Shown piece by piece: positions 47,693-58,244 of a stretch of DNA of 64,000 bases (its first letter is position 1; each line of letters starts with the position of its first letter). The stretch covers positions 1,632,001 to 1,696,000 of the forward strand of contig OZ245842.1 of the NCBI GenBank assembly GCA_965228895.1. Direction: 5' to 3'. The notes beneath the pieces were generated by a model. The model saw only the letters and a program-made list of their open reading frames with translations. It searched no databases and was not told where the DNA came from. The stretch is from Alphaproteobacteria bacterium (GTDB lineage: Bacteria > Pseudomonadota > Alphaproteobacteria > SP197). A program made the translations under genes and the position numbers.

Positions 47693-48888
47693 TCGGCCGG
47701 TTCCTCAGCTTTGATGGTCGGGAAGGCAAGCGTCGACATGATCGCGATCACCGCCGATATGACCGCGAACACGGACGCCAGGACAAAGGCATAGGCGAGG
47801 TTGATGTCGCCGGCCAAGCCGCCCAGCAACGCACCCAGTGCGCCGACTCCATCCATGATGACAAAGGTTATGCCGAGCGTCGTGCCTTCGCGCTTGCCGG
47901 CAAAGTCGACGGCCGAGGCAAGCACTACCGAACGCACACCATAGAACGCGCCGACCATCGCAATCAGGAAAAGAACGGCGAGGGCGGGCGAGGTGACAAA
48001 CGGCATGGCAAGGCCGAGCGGCGCGGCAGCCAGCAGCGACCAGGCAAAGATCTTGCGCCGGCCGCGCAGGTCCGAGAGATGCCCCATCAATGGCTGCAGC
48101 ACAGCGCCCGCCATGATCATGGCGGCGAAGACCAGACCGGCCCAGGTCGACGAGAGCCCGAGATCCTGCACCAGGTAAAGCGTCGCCATGGCGAGTACGG
48201 CCATCACCGCCATGTTGTAGACGCTGATCATGCCGACCATGGCGAGACCGGTTCGTGTCGTCCATTGCTGCCACACCTCGCGCAGATCGCCGAGCGATGC
48301 GCGGCCTTGTGCCGCCGGCGGGACGACGCGGCGCAGCGCGAAGAACACGAAACCCATGATCGCTGCCGGAATGACCGCCAGCATCAGGCCGGTGCGCCAG
48401 TCGACGACGGTCAGCAACACGCCGGTGAGCAGTGGTGCAAAAACCTCCGCCAGGGTGCCGCCCATGGCGTGAATGCCCAGGATGCGTGCGCGCTGCCGAG
48501 GCATCGCTTGGGTCAGCGTGCCGGTCGCCAGAGGGTGCCAGGCCGACGTCCCCATGCCGGCCAGCGCCAGCAGCAGGGTCAGCGTCCAAAAGTCCGGCGC
48601 GGCGCTGGCTGCCAGATAGCCGATGACCACCCAAACGAACGTCATGACAAAAAGCCGGCCGCGGCGTTGTGAGGAATCGGTCAGGAGGCCGGCGGGAATG
48701 TGGACCGCCGTGCTGCCGACCGCCGTAATGGCAAACAGCAGGCCAAGGTCGCCTGGGCTCAGATCCATGGCGACGGCGATTGTCGGCGCCAGAATCCAGA
48801 TCGCGCCGTGGGGCCAATCCACGGCCATATGGCCCAGACAAAAGGCCACGATGGGCAATCGCGGCTTCGAGGTTGCGGTATCTGTCAT
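47689..48888 (-). CDS. MFS transporter inserted in the his operon
   Basis: About 12 TM segments, GHLSDLRGRR motif A, AWHP; ATGA overlap with the hisA fusion. Confidence 0.88.
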   Translation of the reverse strand: MTDTATSKPRLPIVAFCLGHMAVDWPHGAIWILAPTIAVAMDLSPGDLGLLFAITAVGSTAVHIPAGLLTDSSQRRGRLFVMTFVWVVIGYLAASAAPDFWTLTLLLALAGMGTSAWHPLATGTLTQAMPRQRARILGIHAMGGTLAEVFAPLLTGVLLTVVDWRTGLMLAVIPAAIMGFVFFALRRVVPPAAQGRASLGDLREVWQQWTTRTGLAMVGMISVYNMAVMAVLAMATLYLVQDLGLSSTWAGLVFAAMIMAGAVLQPLMGHLSDLRGRRKIFAWSLLAAAPLGLAMPFVTSPALAVLFLIAMVGAFYGVRSVVLASAVDFAGKREGTTLGITFVIMDGVGALGALLGGLAGDINLAYAFVLASVFAVISAVIAIMSTLAFPTIKAEEPAE

Positions 48889-48986
48889 GGTGACGCGAGT
48901 TCCCGGGCGGCGGGCACGGCCAAGACGCCCCTGATAGGCCAATCGGGATATCGAAACAATCTGGCGTAGAAAATATTCTTGGGCGA

Positions 48987-49751
48987 TCAGATGGCGTCGA
49001 TGCGCGTCGGTATGCCGGCGGCAACCATTGCCTCTTTGATGTCGTTCACTGTGAAGTCGCCATCATGGAATATCGAGGCGGCTAGAACGGCATCCGCGCC
49101 CGCTTTGATGGCCGCCACCAGGTGATCGGGATGGGCCGCGCCGCCCGATGCGATGACCGGCACGTTGACGGCTTCAGACACCGCCTTCAACAAGTCGGTG
49201 TCGTAGCCGGCACGGGTGCCGTCGCGATCCCAACTCGTCAGCAGAATTTCGCCGGCGCCGCATTCGGTCGCCTCGCGCGCCCAGGCGATGGCGTCCTTGC
49301 CGGTGCGCTCCTTGCCCGACTTGGTCACGACCTCCCAGCCGCCGGCTTCGCGGCGCGACGCATCGATCGAGACGACGGCGCACTGGCTGCCGAACTTCTC
49401 GGCGATGTCACTCAGAAGACCCGGGCGTTCGACCGCGGCCGTATTCGCGCCGACCTTGTCGGCGCCGGCTTCCAGCAACGCGCCCGCGTCCTCGGTCTTC
49501 CTGACGCCGCCGCCGACGGTCATGGGAATGCCGAGTTCCGCCCGGACGGCCGCAACGGTTTCCAGCGCGTTGCCCCGGCCTTCCGGTGTCGCGGAGACGT
49601 CGAGCAGGACAAGTTCGTCGGCGCCTTGGTGCTCATAGGCAAGCGACAGTTCGACGGGGTCGCCGGCGTCGCGCATGCCTTGAAAGCGCACGCCTTTGAC
49701 GACGCGCCCGGCATCGACGTCCAGGCAGGGAATGACACGTACCGTCAGCAT
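48987..49751 (-). CDS. hisF: imidazole glycerol phosphate synthase cyclase subunit
   Basis: RVIPCLDV, GADELV.LD, VGGGV, GAGEILLTS.DRDGT, VIASGG, LAASIFH. Confidence 0.96.
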   Translation of the reverse strand: MLTVRVIPCLDVDAGRVVKGVRFQGMRDAGDPVELSLAYEHQGADELVLLDVSATPEGRGNALETVAAVRAELGIPMTVGGGVRKTEDAGALLEAGADKVGANTAAVERPGLLSDIAEKFGSQCAVVSIDASRREAGGWEVVTKSGKERTGKDAIAWAREATECGAGEILLTSWDRDGTRAGYDTDLLKAVSEAVNVPVIASGGAAHPDHLVAAIKAGADAVLAASIFHDGDFTVNDIKEAMVAAGIPTRIDAI

Positions 49752-50353
49752 GGCGAGGCGATCCAGCGCTTGAGCAGCTCGTGGCCGAACTGCCCGGAGA
49801 GTTCGGGGTGGAACTGGCAGGCGACAACGGCACCGCGCTCCAGCGCGGCGACAAACGGCCCGCCGTGATCGGCGGTCGCGCCAAGCCAGCCATCCGGCAC
49901 GCCGGTCACGCGATAGGAGTTCGCGAAGTAGACATAACCGGATTGGAGCAGGCGGCAGCCGGGCTCGGCATCGATCCGGTTCCATCCCAATTGCGGCACG
50001 CGCACGGTGTTGGGAAAGCGCGTGGCGGTCAGCGGCAGAATGTCGAGGCCCGTTGCGCCGGGCGTCTCCTCGCTGTCGCGGCAAAGCAATTGAAGGCCGA
50101 CACAGATCGCGAGCGTCGGGCGGCCTGCCTCAATGCGTTCGCGCAGCGGCTCGTCCAGGCCGCCGTCGCGTAGCGCCATCATCGAGGCGCCGAACGCACC
50201 GACGCCGGGCAGCATGACGTGGCCGGCCTGAAGAACGTCATCGGCGCTTTCGGCCATGCGCGGCGCACCGCCGGCGCGCCGCAACCCGGCAAAGACTGAG
50301 GCGAGGTTGGCGGTTCCGGTACGGCAGACGACGATCTCGGTCGAGGCCGTCAC
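49745..50353 (-). CDS. hisH: imidazole glycerol phosphate synthase amidotransferase subunit
   Basis: NLASV, LPGVGAF, ICVGLQ, VPQ.GWN, QFHPE. Confidence 0.95.
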   Translation of the reverse strand: MTASTEIVVCRTGTANLASVFAGLRRAGGAPRMAESADDVLQAGHVMLPGVGAFGASMMALRDGGLDEPLRERIEAGRPTLAICVGLQLLCRDSEETPGATGLDILPLTATRFPNTVRVPQLGWNRIDAEPGCRLLQSGYVYFANSYRVTGVPDGWLGATADHGGPFVAALERGAVVACQFHPELSGQFGHELLKRWIASPC

Positions 50354-50937
50354 AACACCCCCTTGGTGCTCGGCACGTCGCTGGTGCCGTCGTGGGCGAT
50401 CGCGTGACGCAGCGCCAGGGCGAGCGCCTTGAAGGCGGCTTCCGCCCTATGGTGGTCGTTATGGCCGCGCAACAGGTCGACGTGCAACGTCATCTTGGCC
50501 GCCGTCGCGAAGCTGGAGAGCGCGTGGCCGATCATCTCGGTCGACGTATCGCCCAGCTTCTCGCGCCTGAGGCCAAGCTCGACAAAGGCATAGGGCCGGC
50601 CCGACAGGTCAATGACCGCACGCGCCAGCGCCTCGTCGAGCGGTGCGTAGGCTGAGCCGAAACGGTAGATGCCGCGCTTGTCGCCAAGCGCCTGGCCAAC
50701 CGCCTCACCGAGCGCGATTGCGCAGTCTTCGACCGTATGGTGGTCGTCGACGTGTAGGTCGCCCTTGCATGTCAGCTCGACATCCATGCGGCTGTGGCGG
50801 ACCAGGGCATCGAGCAAATGATCGAGAAAGTTGAGGCCGGTCTCAACCGACGAGATGCCGGTGCCGTCCAGCGTCACCGAAACGGCAATGTCGGTTTCCT
50901 TGGTCTTGCGTTCGACACGGGCGGTGCGCTCGGACAT
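50350..50937 (-). CDS. hisB: imidazoleglycerol-phosphate dehydratase (monofunctional)
   Basis: [37 protein letters not shown]. Confidence 0.96.
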   Translation of the reverse strand: MSERTARVERKTKETDIAVSVTLDGTGISSVETGLNFLDHLLDALVRHSRMDVELTCKGDLHVDDHHTVEDCAIALGEAVGQALGDKRGIYRFGSAYAPLDEALARAVIDLSGRPYAFVELGLRREKLGDTSTEMIGHALSSFATAAKMTLHVDLLRGHNDHHRAEAAFKALALALRHAIAHDGTSDVPSTKGVL

Positions 50938-50944
50938 GACGGCC

Positions 50945-51829
50945 TCAGGCGATGATATTCGAGAGTTGGGTGACGACGATGTCGGTGCCGCCACGCGCTT
51001 TGATCTCAGGAATGACACGCGCCAGCGTGTCGCGCGGCACCGCCGACTTCAGCGCATAGCCGAGATCGCCGTGCAGGGGCGAAATGGTCGGCTCGCGCAT
51101 GCTGGGCAGGACATCAATGACGGCTTCAAGGCATTCGGCGGTCACGTTGACCTCGACCATGACGCGCTGGCGGGCATCCAGCACCGACGAGACCATCATG
51201 ACAAAACTCTCGATGCCGTCGCGCTTCGCCTTGTCGTCTAGGGCTGCCGGGTGAGCATAAAGCCGGGTTGACGACGTCAAGACGTCCTCGACGATATCCA
51301 GACCGTTGGCACGCAACGTCGACCCGGTCGCGGTGTTGTCGACGATGCAGTCGGCGTCTTCGGGCGGGAAGACTTCGGTCGCGCCATAGGAACGAACAAA
51401 CTGCGCGTCGAGACCGCGCTTTTCGATCCAGGCGCGCGTCAGTTTTTCGTATTCGCTGGCGACCACCAGGTGACGGCTCGGCAACGCGCCGTTTTCCAGG
51501 ATGTGCGTCCCCGCGGCCGCCACGATCCGGACGGGATCCAACCCGGTATCAATGAGCTCGACCAACCTGGCACCCTTCTCCTCGACCCAGTCCGCGCCGG
51601 CGAAGCCAAGGTCTCGGCTGCCGATATCGAGCATCTCGACAATGTTCTGCGGTTTCAACAGCTTGGCGTCGAAACCTGGCAGCGAAAGCGCCGGGCGATA
51701 GTCGCGCGCACTACGCGCGCTGGCGGTGATATGGATGCCCGCATCCTCCAGCAAGGCAAAGACGCTCTCCTGCATGCGGCCCTTGGGCAGGCCGAGGCGG
51801 ATGGTTGCGGAGGACTGGTCGTCAGGCAT
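50945..51829 (-). CDS. hisG: ATP phosphoribosyltransferase, long form with C-terminal regulatory domain
   Basis: LPKGRM, DLG..G.D, GATE..P, D...TG.TL.ANGL, C-terminal PTISPL...GG.DI. Confidence 0.93.
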   Translation of the reverse strand: MPDDQSSATIRLGLPKGRMQESVFALLEDAGIHITASARSARDYRPALSLPGFDAKLLKPQNIVEMLDIGSRDLGFAGADWVEEKGARLVELIDTGLDPVRIVAAAGTHILENGALPSRHLVVASEYEKLTRAWIEKRGLDAQFVRSYGATEVFPPEDADCIVDNTATGSTLRANGLDIVEDVLTSSTRLYAHPAALDDKAKRDGIESFVMMVSSVLDARQRVMVEVNVTAECLEAVIDVLPSMREPTISPLHGDLGYALKSAVPRDTLARVIPEIKARGGTDIVVTQLSNIIA

Positions 51830-52037
51830 AAGAGGGCCGCCGGATAAGATTGTGATCGAGGCCTTGAGACGGAGCCTTTTGACGAGGTCGACAGGCACAA
51901 GGCGCGCGGAAACTCTATGATGCGACAGACCCTGTCAACCGCATGAGAGCCAGATTAAGACAGCCGTCACATTCCGGTGCTGGATCAGTTAGGATTCAGA
52001 TCCTACCATGGGTGACTAGACTTTAGGGGTACCTCTT

Positions 52038-52409
52038 ATGAGCGTGAGCGGTGTCGACCACATCAACATCCGCACGGCGGATCTCGAGCGATGCAAGGCG
52101 TTCTATTGCGGCCTGTTGGGCCTGAAGGAAGGTTACCGGCCGCCTTTCGACAGTCCCGGTGCCTGGTTGTATGCCGGAGACGCGCCTTTGGTGCATGTCA
52201 GCCTGGCTTCTGGTTCCGACAAGCTGCCGAAAAGTGCTATCGACCATTTTGCCTTTTCAGTCAAAGGGTTCGATAAAATGATTAAAGTTTTGGAACAGGA
52301 GGGAATCCCGTTTGAGTCCTTCGAGGTGCCGGACACGCCGGCCCGCCAGATCTTTATCGAAGATCCTGATGGCGTGGCCGTTGAACTGAACTTCAGCGAC
52401 GGCACCTGA
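52038..52409 (+). CDS. VOC / glyoxalase family protein
   Basis: DHINI, FY..LLGL, RPPF..PGAWL, DHFAF, DPDG..VEL. Confidence 0.9.
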   Translation: MSVSGVDHINIRTADLERCKAFYCGLLGLKEGYRPPFDSPGAWLYAGDAPLVHVSLASGSDKLPKSAIDHFAFSVKGFDKMIKVLEQEGIPFESFEVPDTPARQIFIEDPDGVAVELNFSDGT

Positions 52410-52420
52410 CGAAACTTTCG

Positions 52421-52447
52421 GCAGGCATACGCAGGCATACGCAGGCA
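52421..52447 (+). repeat. 10-bp tandem repeat (GCAGGCATAC) x2.7
   Basis: GCAGGCATAC GCAGGCATAC GCAGGCA, intergenic. Confidence 0.85.
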
Positions 52448-52480
52448 ACAAGACGCCTGAAAAAGGGGCAGGGGCGGAGC

Positions 52481-53572
52481 ATGAAGGTAGACGGGACAAG
52501 CTATCGATCGATCTGGCTTGATGACGACGGCTGGGCAGTTCGCATCATCGATCAGACTCGTCTGCCTCATCGCTTCGAGATCGTCCGTTTGGAGACCTTG
52601 GACGATGCCGCCCACGCAATCCGCGCCATGCTGGTGCGCGGCGCACCGTTGATTGGTGCCACCGCGGCTTATGGCATGTGTCTGGCGCTGCGCAAGGACC
52701 CTTCCGATGACGGTATGCAGCAGGCCTATGATGTGTTGTTGGCGACACGGCCGACGGCCGTCAACTTGCGTTGGGCGCTCGACGACGTCACCGCAACGCT
52801 GCGCAATCAGCCTTATGAGCGGCGCCTGGAACTGGCCTATGCCTGCGCTGCCCGGATCTGCGACGAGGATGTCGGCACCAACGAGGCTATTGGCAACCAT
52901 GGCGTCGATTTGATCCGTGCCACGCACCAGCGCACCGGCCAGACGGTAAACGTCCTTACCCACTGCAATGCCGGTTGGCTGGCGACGGTGGATTGGGGTA
53001 CGGCGCTGTCGCCCATCTACAAGGCGCACGAGGAGGACATCCCGGTTCACGTCTGGGCCGACGAGACGCGCCCACGCAACCAAGGCGCCTCGTTAACGGC
53101 CTGGGAGCTTGGTCATCACGGCGTCGCGCACACGGTCATCCCGGACAACGCCGGCGGCCACCTGATGCAGCGTGGTCTGGTCGACCTTTGCATCACGGGC
53201 ACCGACCGAACCAGTGCCACCGGCGATGTCTGCAACAAAATCGGAACCTACCTGAAAGCCTTGGCGGCACAGGACAACGGCGTGCCGTTTTATGTCGCTT
53301 TGCCGTCGCCCACGATTGATTGGACCATTGACGACGGCCGCGACATTCCCATCGAGGAGCGTGCGGGGAGTGAGGTCTCCCATATCGCCGGCAAGGCGGA
53401 AGACGGCGACGTCATTACCGTGCAACTGACGCCGGACGGCAGTCCCGTCGCCAACCCAGCCTTTGACGTGACACCGTCAGGTCTTGTTACCGGGCTGATC
53501 ACCGAGCGTGGCGTTTGCCAGGCCTCGCGCGAGGGCCTGACCAGGCTCTTCCCGGAGCACGCAACCGCCTGA
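52481..53572 (+). CDS. mtnA: S-methyl-5-thioribose-1-phosphate isomerase
   Basis: [49 protein letters not shown]. Confidence 0.96.
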   Translation: MKVDGTSYRSIWLDDDGWAVRIIDQTRLPHRFEIVRLETLDDAAHAIRAMLVRGAPLIGATAAYGMCLALRKDPSDDGMQQAYDVLLATRPTAVNLRWALDDVTATLRNQPYERRLELAYACAARICDEDVGTNEAIGNHGVDLIRATHQRTGQTVNVLTHCNAGWLATVDWGTALSPIYKAHEEDIPVHVWADETRPRNQGASLTAWELGHHGVAHTVIPDNAGGHLMQRGLVDLCITGTDRTSATGDVCNKIGTYLKALAAQDNGVPFYVALPSPTIDWTIDDGRDIPIEERAGSEVSHIAGKAEDGDVITVQLTPDGSPVANPAFDVTPSGLVTGLITERGVCQASREGLTRLFPEHATA

Positions 53573-53659
53573 TCAGTCAGGCCGGTGCTGGTCAACAGTC
53601 GGTACGTCGCCTAAAAGGGCGGCTCCTCGACTTACGTTGACCGTCAGATCGTCCGCCCC

Positions 53660-54976
53660 ATGACCGATTCTACCCGTCCTCGCATTCTTCATCTCAGCAG
53701 CCTCGACCCGTCGGCGCGACGCGCTTTGACGCAACGGGGCGCAATCGATATTGACGATGTGATGGAGCGCGCCAAACCTATCGTCGAGGCGGTTCGTCAC
53801 GACGGCGACAGCGCGCTGCTGCGCTTGGCGCGTGACATCGATGGTGTCTCGCTCTCTGCCGCTGATCTGCGCGTCGATCCCGCTGCCTTCGACGCCGCCT
53901 ACGATCTGGTGCCGGACGATGTCGTCGACGCGATCGCCAAGGCCGCCCGGAACATCCGCACGATCCACGAAAAGCAAAAGCCTGAGGAGTACGCCCTGAC
54001 GACCGTGCAGCCGGGGGTTCTGGCGGGCGATCGCTACCTGCCGATCGAGGCCGTCGCCTGCTATGTGCCACGTGGCAAGGGCTCGTTCCCGTCGGTCACG
54101 CTGATGACGGCGATCCCCGCGGTTGTCGCCGGCTGTCCCAAGGTCGTTGTGATCACCCCGCCGGGCCCCGACGGAACGTGTGATGCGGGCACTCTGGTCG
54201 CCGCGCGCGAGGCGGGCGTCGAGGAGGTCTATCTTTCCGGCGGTGCTCAAGCGATCGCAGCCGTTGCGTTCGGCACCGAGACCGTACCGAAATGCCAGAA
54301 AGTCGTTGGACCGGGTTCGCCTTGGGTTGTCGCCGGCATGCGGCTTTGCGCCGACGAGATCGCGCCGGGACCGCCGGCCGGGCCGTCGGAAAGCATGATC
54401 CTGGCCGATGAGGCGGCCGATCCGGAGCGGGTCGCCCTCGATCTCATGATCGAGGCTGAACACGGCCCGGACTCGACGACCTATCTGGTGACCCCGTCAG
54501 CCGCCCTCGCCGAAGCGGTCGCGGACGGGGTCATGGATCTTGTCGACCGTCTCTCCGATCAGCGCCGTGACTACGTCAACACGGTGCTGGGCACCAACGG
54601 CGGCCTGCTGGTTGCCAGCGACATGGCCGATGCCATTGCGTTCACCAACGAGTTCGCGCCGGAGCACCTGCAGATTGCCGCGACGACCCCGTGGGACCTG
54701 GCAGGCCAGATCACCAATGCCGGCGAAATCCTGCTCGGGCAGGACGCGCCGTTCTCCATGGCGAACTTCATGATCGGCGTGAACGCTGTTCTCCCGACCG
54801 GCGGAAAGGCAAGCTCTGCCTCGGCTTTGGGGGTCATGGACTATATGAAGCGCATCTCGGTCGCCCATCTGACCCGCGAGGGTTATGACGCGCTGGCCGA
54901 CGAGACCGAAGCCTTCGCGCTCTACGAAGGTTTCGACGCGCATGCCCTGGCGATCAGCGCACGAAACAGGAACTAA
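53660..54976 (+). CDS. histidinol dehydrogenase family protein (divergent paralogue)
   Basis: YVPRG, GGAQA, GPG, AGPSE, EAEH, FAPEHL, VLPTGG, EG..AH. Confidence 0.85.
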   Translation: MTDSTRPRILHLSSLDPSARRALTQRGAIDIDDVMERAKPIVEAVRHDGDSALLRLARDIDGVSLSAADLRVDPAAFDAAYDLVPDDVVDAIAKAARNIRTIHEKQKPEEYALTTVQPGVLAGDRYLPIEAVACYVPRGKGSFPSVTLMTAIPAVVAGCPKVVVITPPGPDGTCDAGTLVAAREAGVEEVYLSGGAQAIAAVAFGTETVPKCQKVVGPGSPWVVAGMRLCADEIAPGPPAGPSESMILADEAADPERVALDLMIEAEHGPDSTTYLVTPSAALAEAVADGVMDLVDRLSDQRRDYVNTVLGTNGGLLVASDMADAIAFTNEFAPEHLQIAATTPWDLAGQITNAGEILLGQDAPFSMANFMIGVNAVLPTGGKASSASALGVMDYMKRISVAHLTREGYDALADETEAFALYEGFDAHALAISARNRN

Positions 54977-54978
54977 TC

Positions 54979-55977
54979 ATGGCGGCACCTTCCGTGCACG
55001 ACGATCTCATCGTCATCGACGCGCTCCAGGCGAGCAACTGGGATAGGGAACTGCTTGAAGAGCTGCGGGCAGGCGGCGTTACGGCGGTTCATGTGACATT
55101 GGTGTTCTGGGAAGACGCGCGCGCGACACTCGACAACATCGGCCATTGGCATCGCCTGTTCGAGAAACACGGCGACATCGTCATGCCGGTGCGCCGTGCC
55201 GGGGACATCGAGGCCGCCAAGCAGGCCGGCAAGACAGGCATCATTTTCGGTTTCCAGAACTGTTCGCCGATCGAGGACGACCTGGCCTTGGTCCAGGTGT
55301 TCCATGAGCTCGGCGTGCGCATCATGCAGTTGACCTACAACAACCAGAGCCTGATTGGTGCTGGCTGCTACGAGGTCAACGACCCCGGCATCTCTCGTTT
55401 TGGCCGTCAGGTGATCGCCGAGATGAACCGGGTCGGCATGATTATCGACCTCAGTCACTCGGCAGAGCGGACCTCTCTGGAGGCGATCGAGATCAGCGAG
55501 CGCCCGGTCGCTATCACCCACGCCAATCCGCTGTCGTTTCACGAGGGCTTGCGCAACAAATCCGATGACCTGCTGAAGGCGCTTGCCGAAAGCGGCGGCA
55601 TGCTGGGCTTCAGCACCTATCCCTTTCACATCGGCGGCGCCGACACGACGCTGGACGCCTATTGCGGCATGATCGCCGATACTGTTGCCATGCTGGGTGT
55701 CGACCATGTCGGTTTCGGGACCGATATGTGCCGCAAACTCTCGGCCGGCTATCTCGATTGGATGCGCAGCGGCCGTTGGTCCAAAGAGACGGATTCAGGA
55801 GAAGCCAAGACCGCGGGCGGCGGCTGGCCCGACTGGCCGGATTGGTTCCAGACGCCTGCCGACTTCCCGAACTTGACTCAGGGTCTCATCGACAAGGGGC
55901 TCGGCGAGACCGACGTCGCCAAGGTTATGGGCGGCAACTGGCTCAGGTTTTTCCGCGAGGGGTTTGAGCCGGCCTAG
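54979..55977 (+). CDS. membrane dipeptidase family (M19) protein, second type
   Basis: GFQN, MQLTYN, EMNRVGMIIDLSH, THAN, HVGFGTD, MGGNWLR. Confidence 0.88.
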   Translation: MAAPSVHDDLIVIDALQASNWDRELLEELRAGGVTAVHVTLVFWEDARATLDNIGHWHRLFEKHGDIVMPVRRAGDIEAAKQAGKTGIIFGFQNCSPIEDDLALVQVFHELGVRIMQLTYNNQSLIGAGCYEVNDPGISRFGRQVIAEMNRVGMIIDLSHSAERTSLEAIEISERPVAITHANPLSFHEGLRNKSDDLLKALAESGGMLGFSTYPFHIGGADTTLDAYCGMIADTVAMLGVDHVGFGTDMCRKLSAGYLDWMRSGRWSKETDSGEAKTAGGGWPDWPDWFQTPADFPNLTQGLIDKGLGETDVAKVMGGNWLRFFREGFEPA

Positions 55978-55990
55978 TCTTCAGACAGTG

Positions 55991-57169
55991 TCAACCGGCG
56001 AAAGCGACCTGTTCGCGGTCGTAGAACTTCGCGGCAAGCCAGCATAGGAAAACAGCGCATAACGCCGTCGTGAAACTCGCCAACAACATATAGGCGATGC
56101 TCGGCACTTCGCCGCGCACAATCTGGCTGATCAGAACCGTCTGACCATAGGTCGGGATCATCATCATCCAGGCTTTGGTCTGGATCGGCGAAAACACGAG
56201 GATCATGCCCGGCAAGGACGGCAAGAGCGGCAGCAGGCCGAGCAAGGTCTGGGTCTCCTTAAAACTGCGCGACACCGTGGCGATGATCACCTGGACGGCC
56301 ACCGCCAGCATCATGATGGGCACACACAGCAAGAAGATGAGGACGAAATCGCCCAGCGGCGGATTGACTTTGATGTCCACGCCCGTGGTGGCAATCACCG
56401 CGAAGATGACCTTGTAGGCTATGACCCCCGTCAGCACGGCCAGTGCCGTAAAGGCCAACGAGGCCAGATACTTGCCAACCATGAACTGCCACCGGGGAAC
56501 CGGATTGGTCAGCAGCGGTTCGAGAGAGCCGCGTTCGCGTTCGCCTGCCGTCGTGTCGATCGCCATATAGACGCCACCGATAAACACGGTGAACATCAAA
56601 AACGGCGCCATCATGTTGAGAAAGATACCGGCGATCGAGACGCTGGCCGCGACGTTGACGCTGTTGACCGCTAGCGGATAGGCGACCTCCGGCTCGACGT
56701 TGCGCGAAACCAGCCGCTGTTCGGCCAGATGGCGGTTGAATCGATTGATCAGTTCCATGGTTCGGCTGATCGACATGATCGAACTGAGCCTGGATGTGTC
56801 GACGATCAGCTCAATCTCGGTGGTTCGTTCGCTGTTCTGAAGTTCGGAAAAGTCCTCGGGGATCACGAGGATCGCGGGGTGCATGCCCTTGCGCACCGCT
56901 TCGGCGATGTTGTCGATCCCGGTTTCGACGATGTCGGACCCTTGGGCGCGGATGAAGTCGACAAAATCCGGCGCATGATCGCTGCCTTTGGCCACGATGA
57001 CATGCTCGCTGACCTTCGGCGATGACAGTCCCGGCGTCACCAGGATGATGAGCGCACCCAAGAGAACGGGGCCGATCAGAGGATAAAGCAGCGACAGAAT
57101 GGTGGAGCGACGATCGCGAAGATTGTCGGTCAACTCCTTGCCGACGACGATGGCGATGCGCCTAAGCAA
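55991..57169 (-). CDS. ABC-2 exporter permease (NatB-like)
   Basis: KEL....RDRR, AIDTTAGERERGSLEPLL..P, GK. Confidence 0.88.
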   Translation of the reverse strand: MLRRIAIVVGKELTDNLRDRRSTILSLLYPLIGPVLLGALIILVTPGLSSPKVSEHVIVAKGSDHAPDFVDFIRAQGSDIVETGIDNIAEAVRKGMHPAILVIPEDFSELQNSERTTEIELIVDTSRLSSIMSISRTMELINRFNRHLAEQRLVSRNVEPEVAYPLAVNSVNVAASVSIAGIFLNMMAPFLMFTVFIGGVYMAIDTTAGERERGSLEPLLTNPVPRWQFMVGKYLASLAFTALAVLTGVIAYKVIFAVIATTGVDIKVNPPLGDFVLIFLLCVPIMMLAVAVQVIIATVSRSFKETQTLLGLLPLLPSLPGMILVFSPIQTKAWMMMIPTYGQTVLISQIVRGEVPSIAYMLLASFTTALCAVFLCWLAAKFYDREQVAFAG

Positions 57170-57920
57170 CGGCTTTCTCGCTTTCTTCGCGTCGCATGCG
57201 CTCTTCCTCGCGGGCTATCGACACAAAAACTTCTTCCAAATCGCTGTGGCCGGTCATCGCGCGCAGTTCTTCCGGCGTACCGTGGGCAACCACGCGTCCG
57301 TGGCCCATCACGACAATTCGGTCGCACAGCGCCTGGACCTCCGACATGATGTGGCTGGAGAAGACGACGCATCGCCCCTGGTCTCTGATGCGCCTCACCA
57401 GATCGCGCACCGCACGGCTGGACGCCACGTCCAAACCGTTGGTCGGCTCGTCCAACAGGACATTGTGGGGTTGGTGAACCAGTGCGCGCGCCAGTGCGAC
57501 CTTCAGTGTTTGGCCTTTGGAGAAACCTTTCGCGCGGCGGTCGGCAACATCCTCCATGCCCAAGGTTGTCACCAGTTCGTTGATTGCCGCCTCTAGCTGC
57601 ATTTTTTCGATGCCGTGCAGGCGGCCGTAATATCTGACGTGTTCTCGGCCTGTTAGACGTGGATAAAGGCCGCGGTTATCCGGCAGGACGCCTATTCGGC
57701 GCTGCGCCTCTTGGGGCTCGGATGTCGCGTCGAAGCCGTCGACCAGGGCATGGCCGCTATCCGGTCGCATGAGAGTATAGAGAATGCGCAGCGTTGTGGT
57801 TTTTCCGGCACCGTTCGGGCCGATCAAACCGGTAATCTCGCCATCGCGGGCTTGGAAGCTGACATCCTCGACGGCAACCAGGTCCTTAAAGGTCTTGCGC
57901 AAATTCCGGACTTCAATCAT
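57162..57920 (-). CDS. ABC exporter ATP-binding protein (NatA-like)
   Basis: GPNGAGKTT, FSKGQ, LDEPTNGLD, SSH. Confidence 0.92.
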   Translation of the reverse strand: MIEVRNLRKTFKDLVAVEDVSFQARDGEITGLIGPNGAGKTTTLRILYTLMRPDSGHALVDGFDATSEPQEAQRRIGVLPDNRGLYPRLTGREHVRYYGRLHGIEKMQLEAAINELVTTLGMEDVADRRAKGFSKGQTLKVALARALVHQPHNVLLDEPTNGLDVASSRAVRDLVRRIRDQGRCVVFSSHIMSEVQALCDRIVVMGHGRVVAHGTPEELRAMTGHSDLEEVFVSIAREEERMRREESEKAVA

Positions 57921-58244
57921 CGGGTCGCGCTCTAAGAGATGCTTGGAGAAGTGACAAGTCGCGTTGCTCGGCTTTGTGGTTAACGGTGGTCTTGTTGCTA
58001 CACGTCATCTAAAAGCTGCAGATGCCTTTATTATCCCCTTGCTTTTGCAGGGGTTTGCGCCAAGATAGGTTCTGATCGTTCGATAGTCGCTTATACGCCT
58101 TTTTGTAAATCCCTCATTGTGTGACAGCGGACACGGATTGATGGGACCAGGTCGGGGTACGAGGCGTTGATCGATTGTGTTGCCTTTTGGGGCTATTGCA
58201 GCTTAGAAACCAAGTTATCTCTTCATCGGGAGGGGGATTTTTAG

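Noticed and set aside
51830-52037. His leader peptide / attenuator
   Set aside because: No His-codon run and no terminator hairpin with U tract upstream of hisG
54587-54596. CTGGGCACCA match to the tRNA-Phe 3' end as an attR site
   Set aside because: Only 10 bp, inside the HisD-like coding sequence, expected by chance
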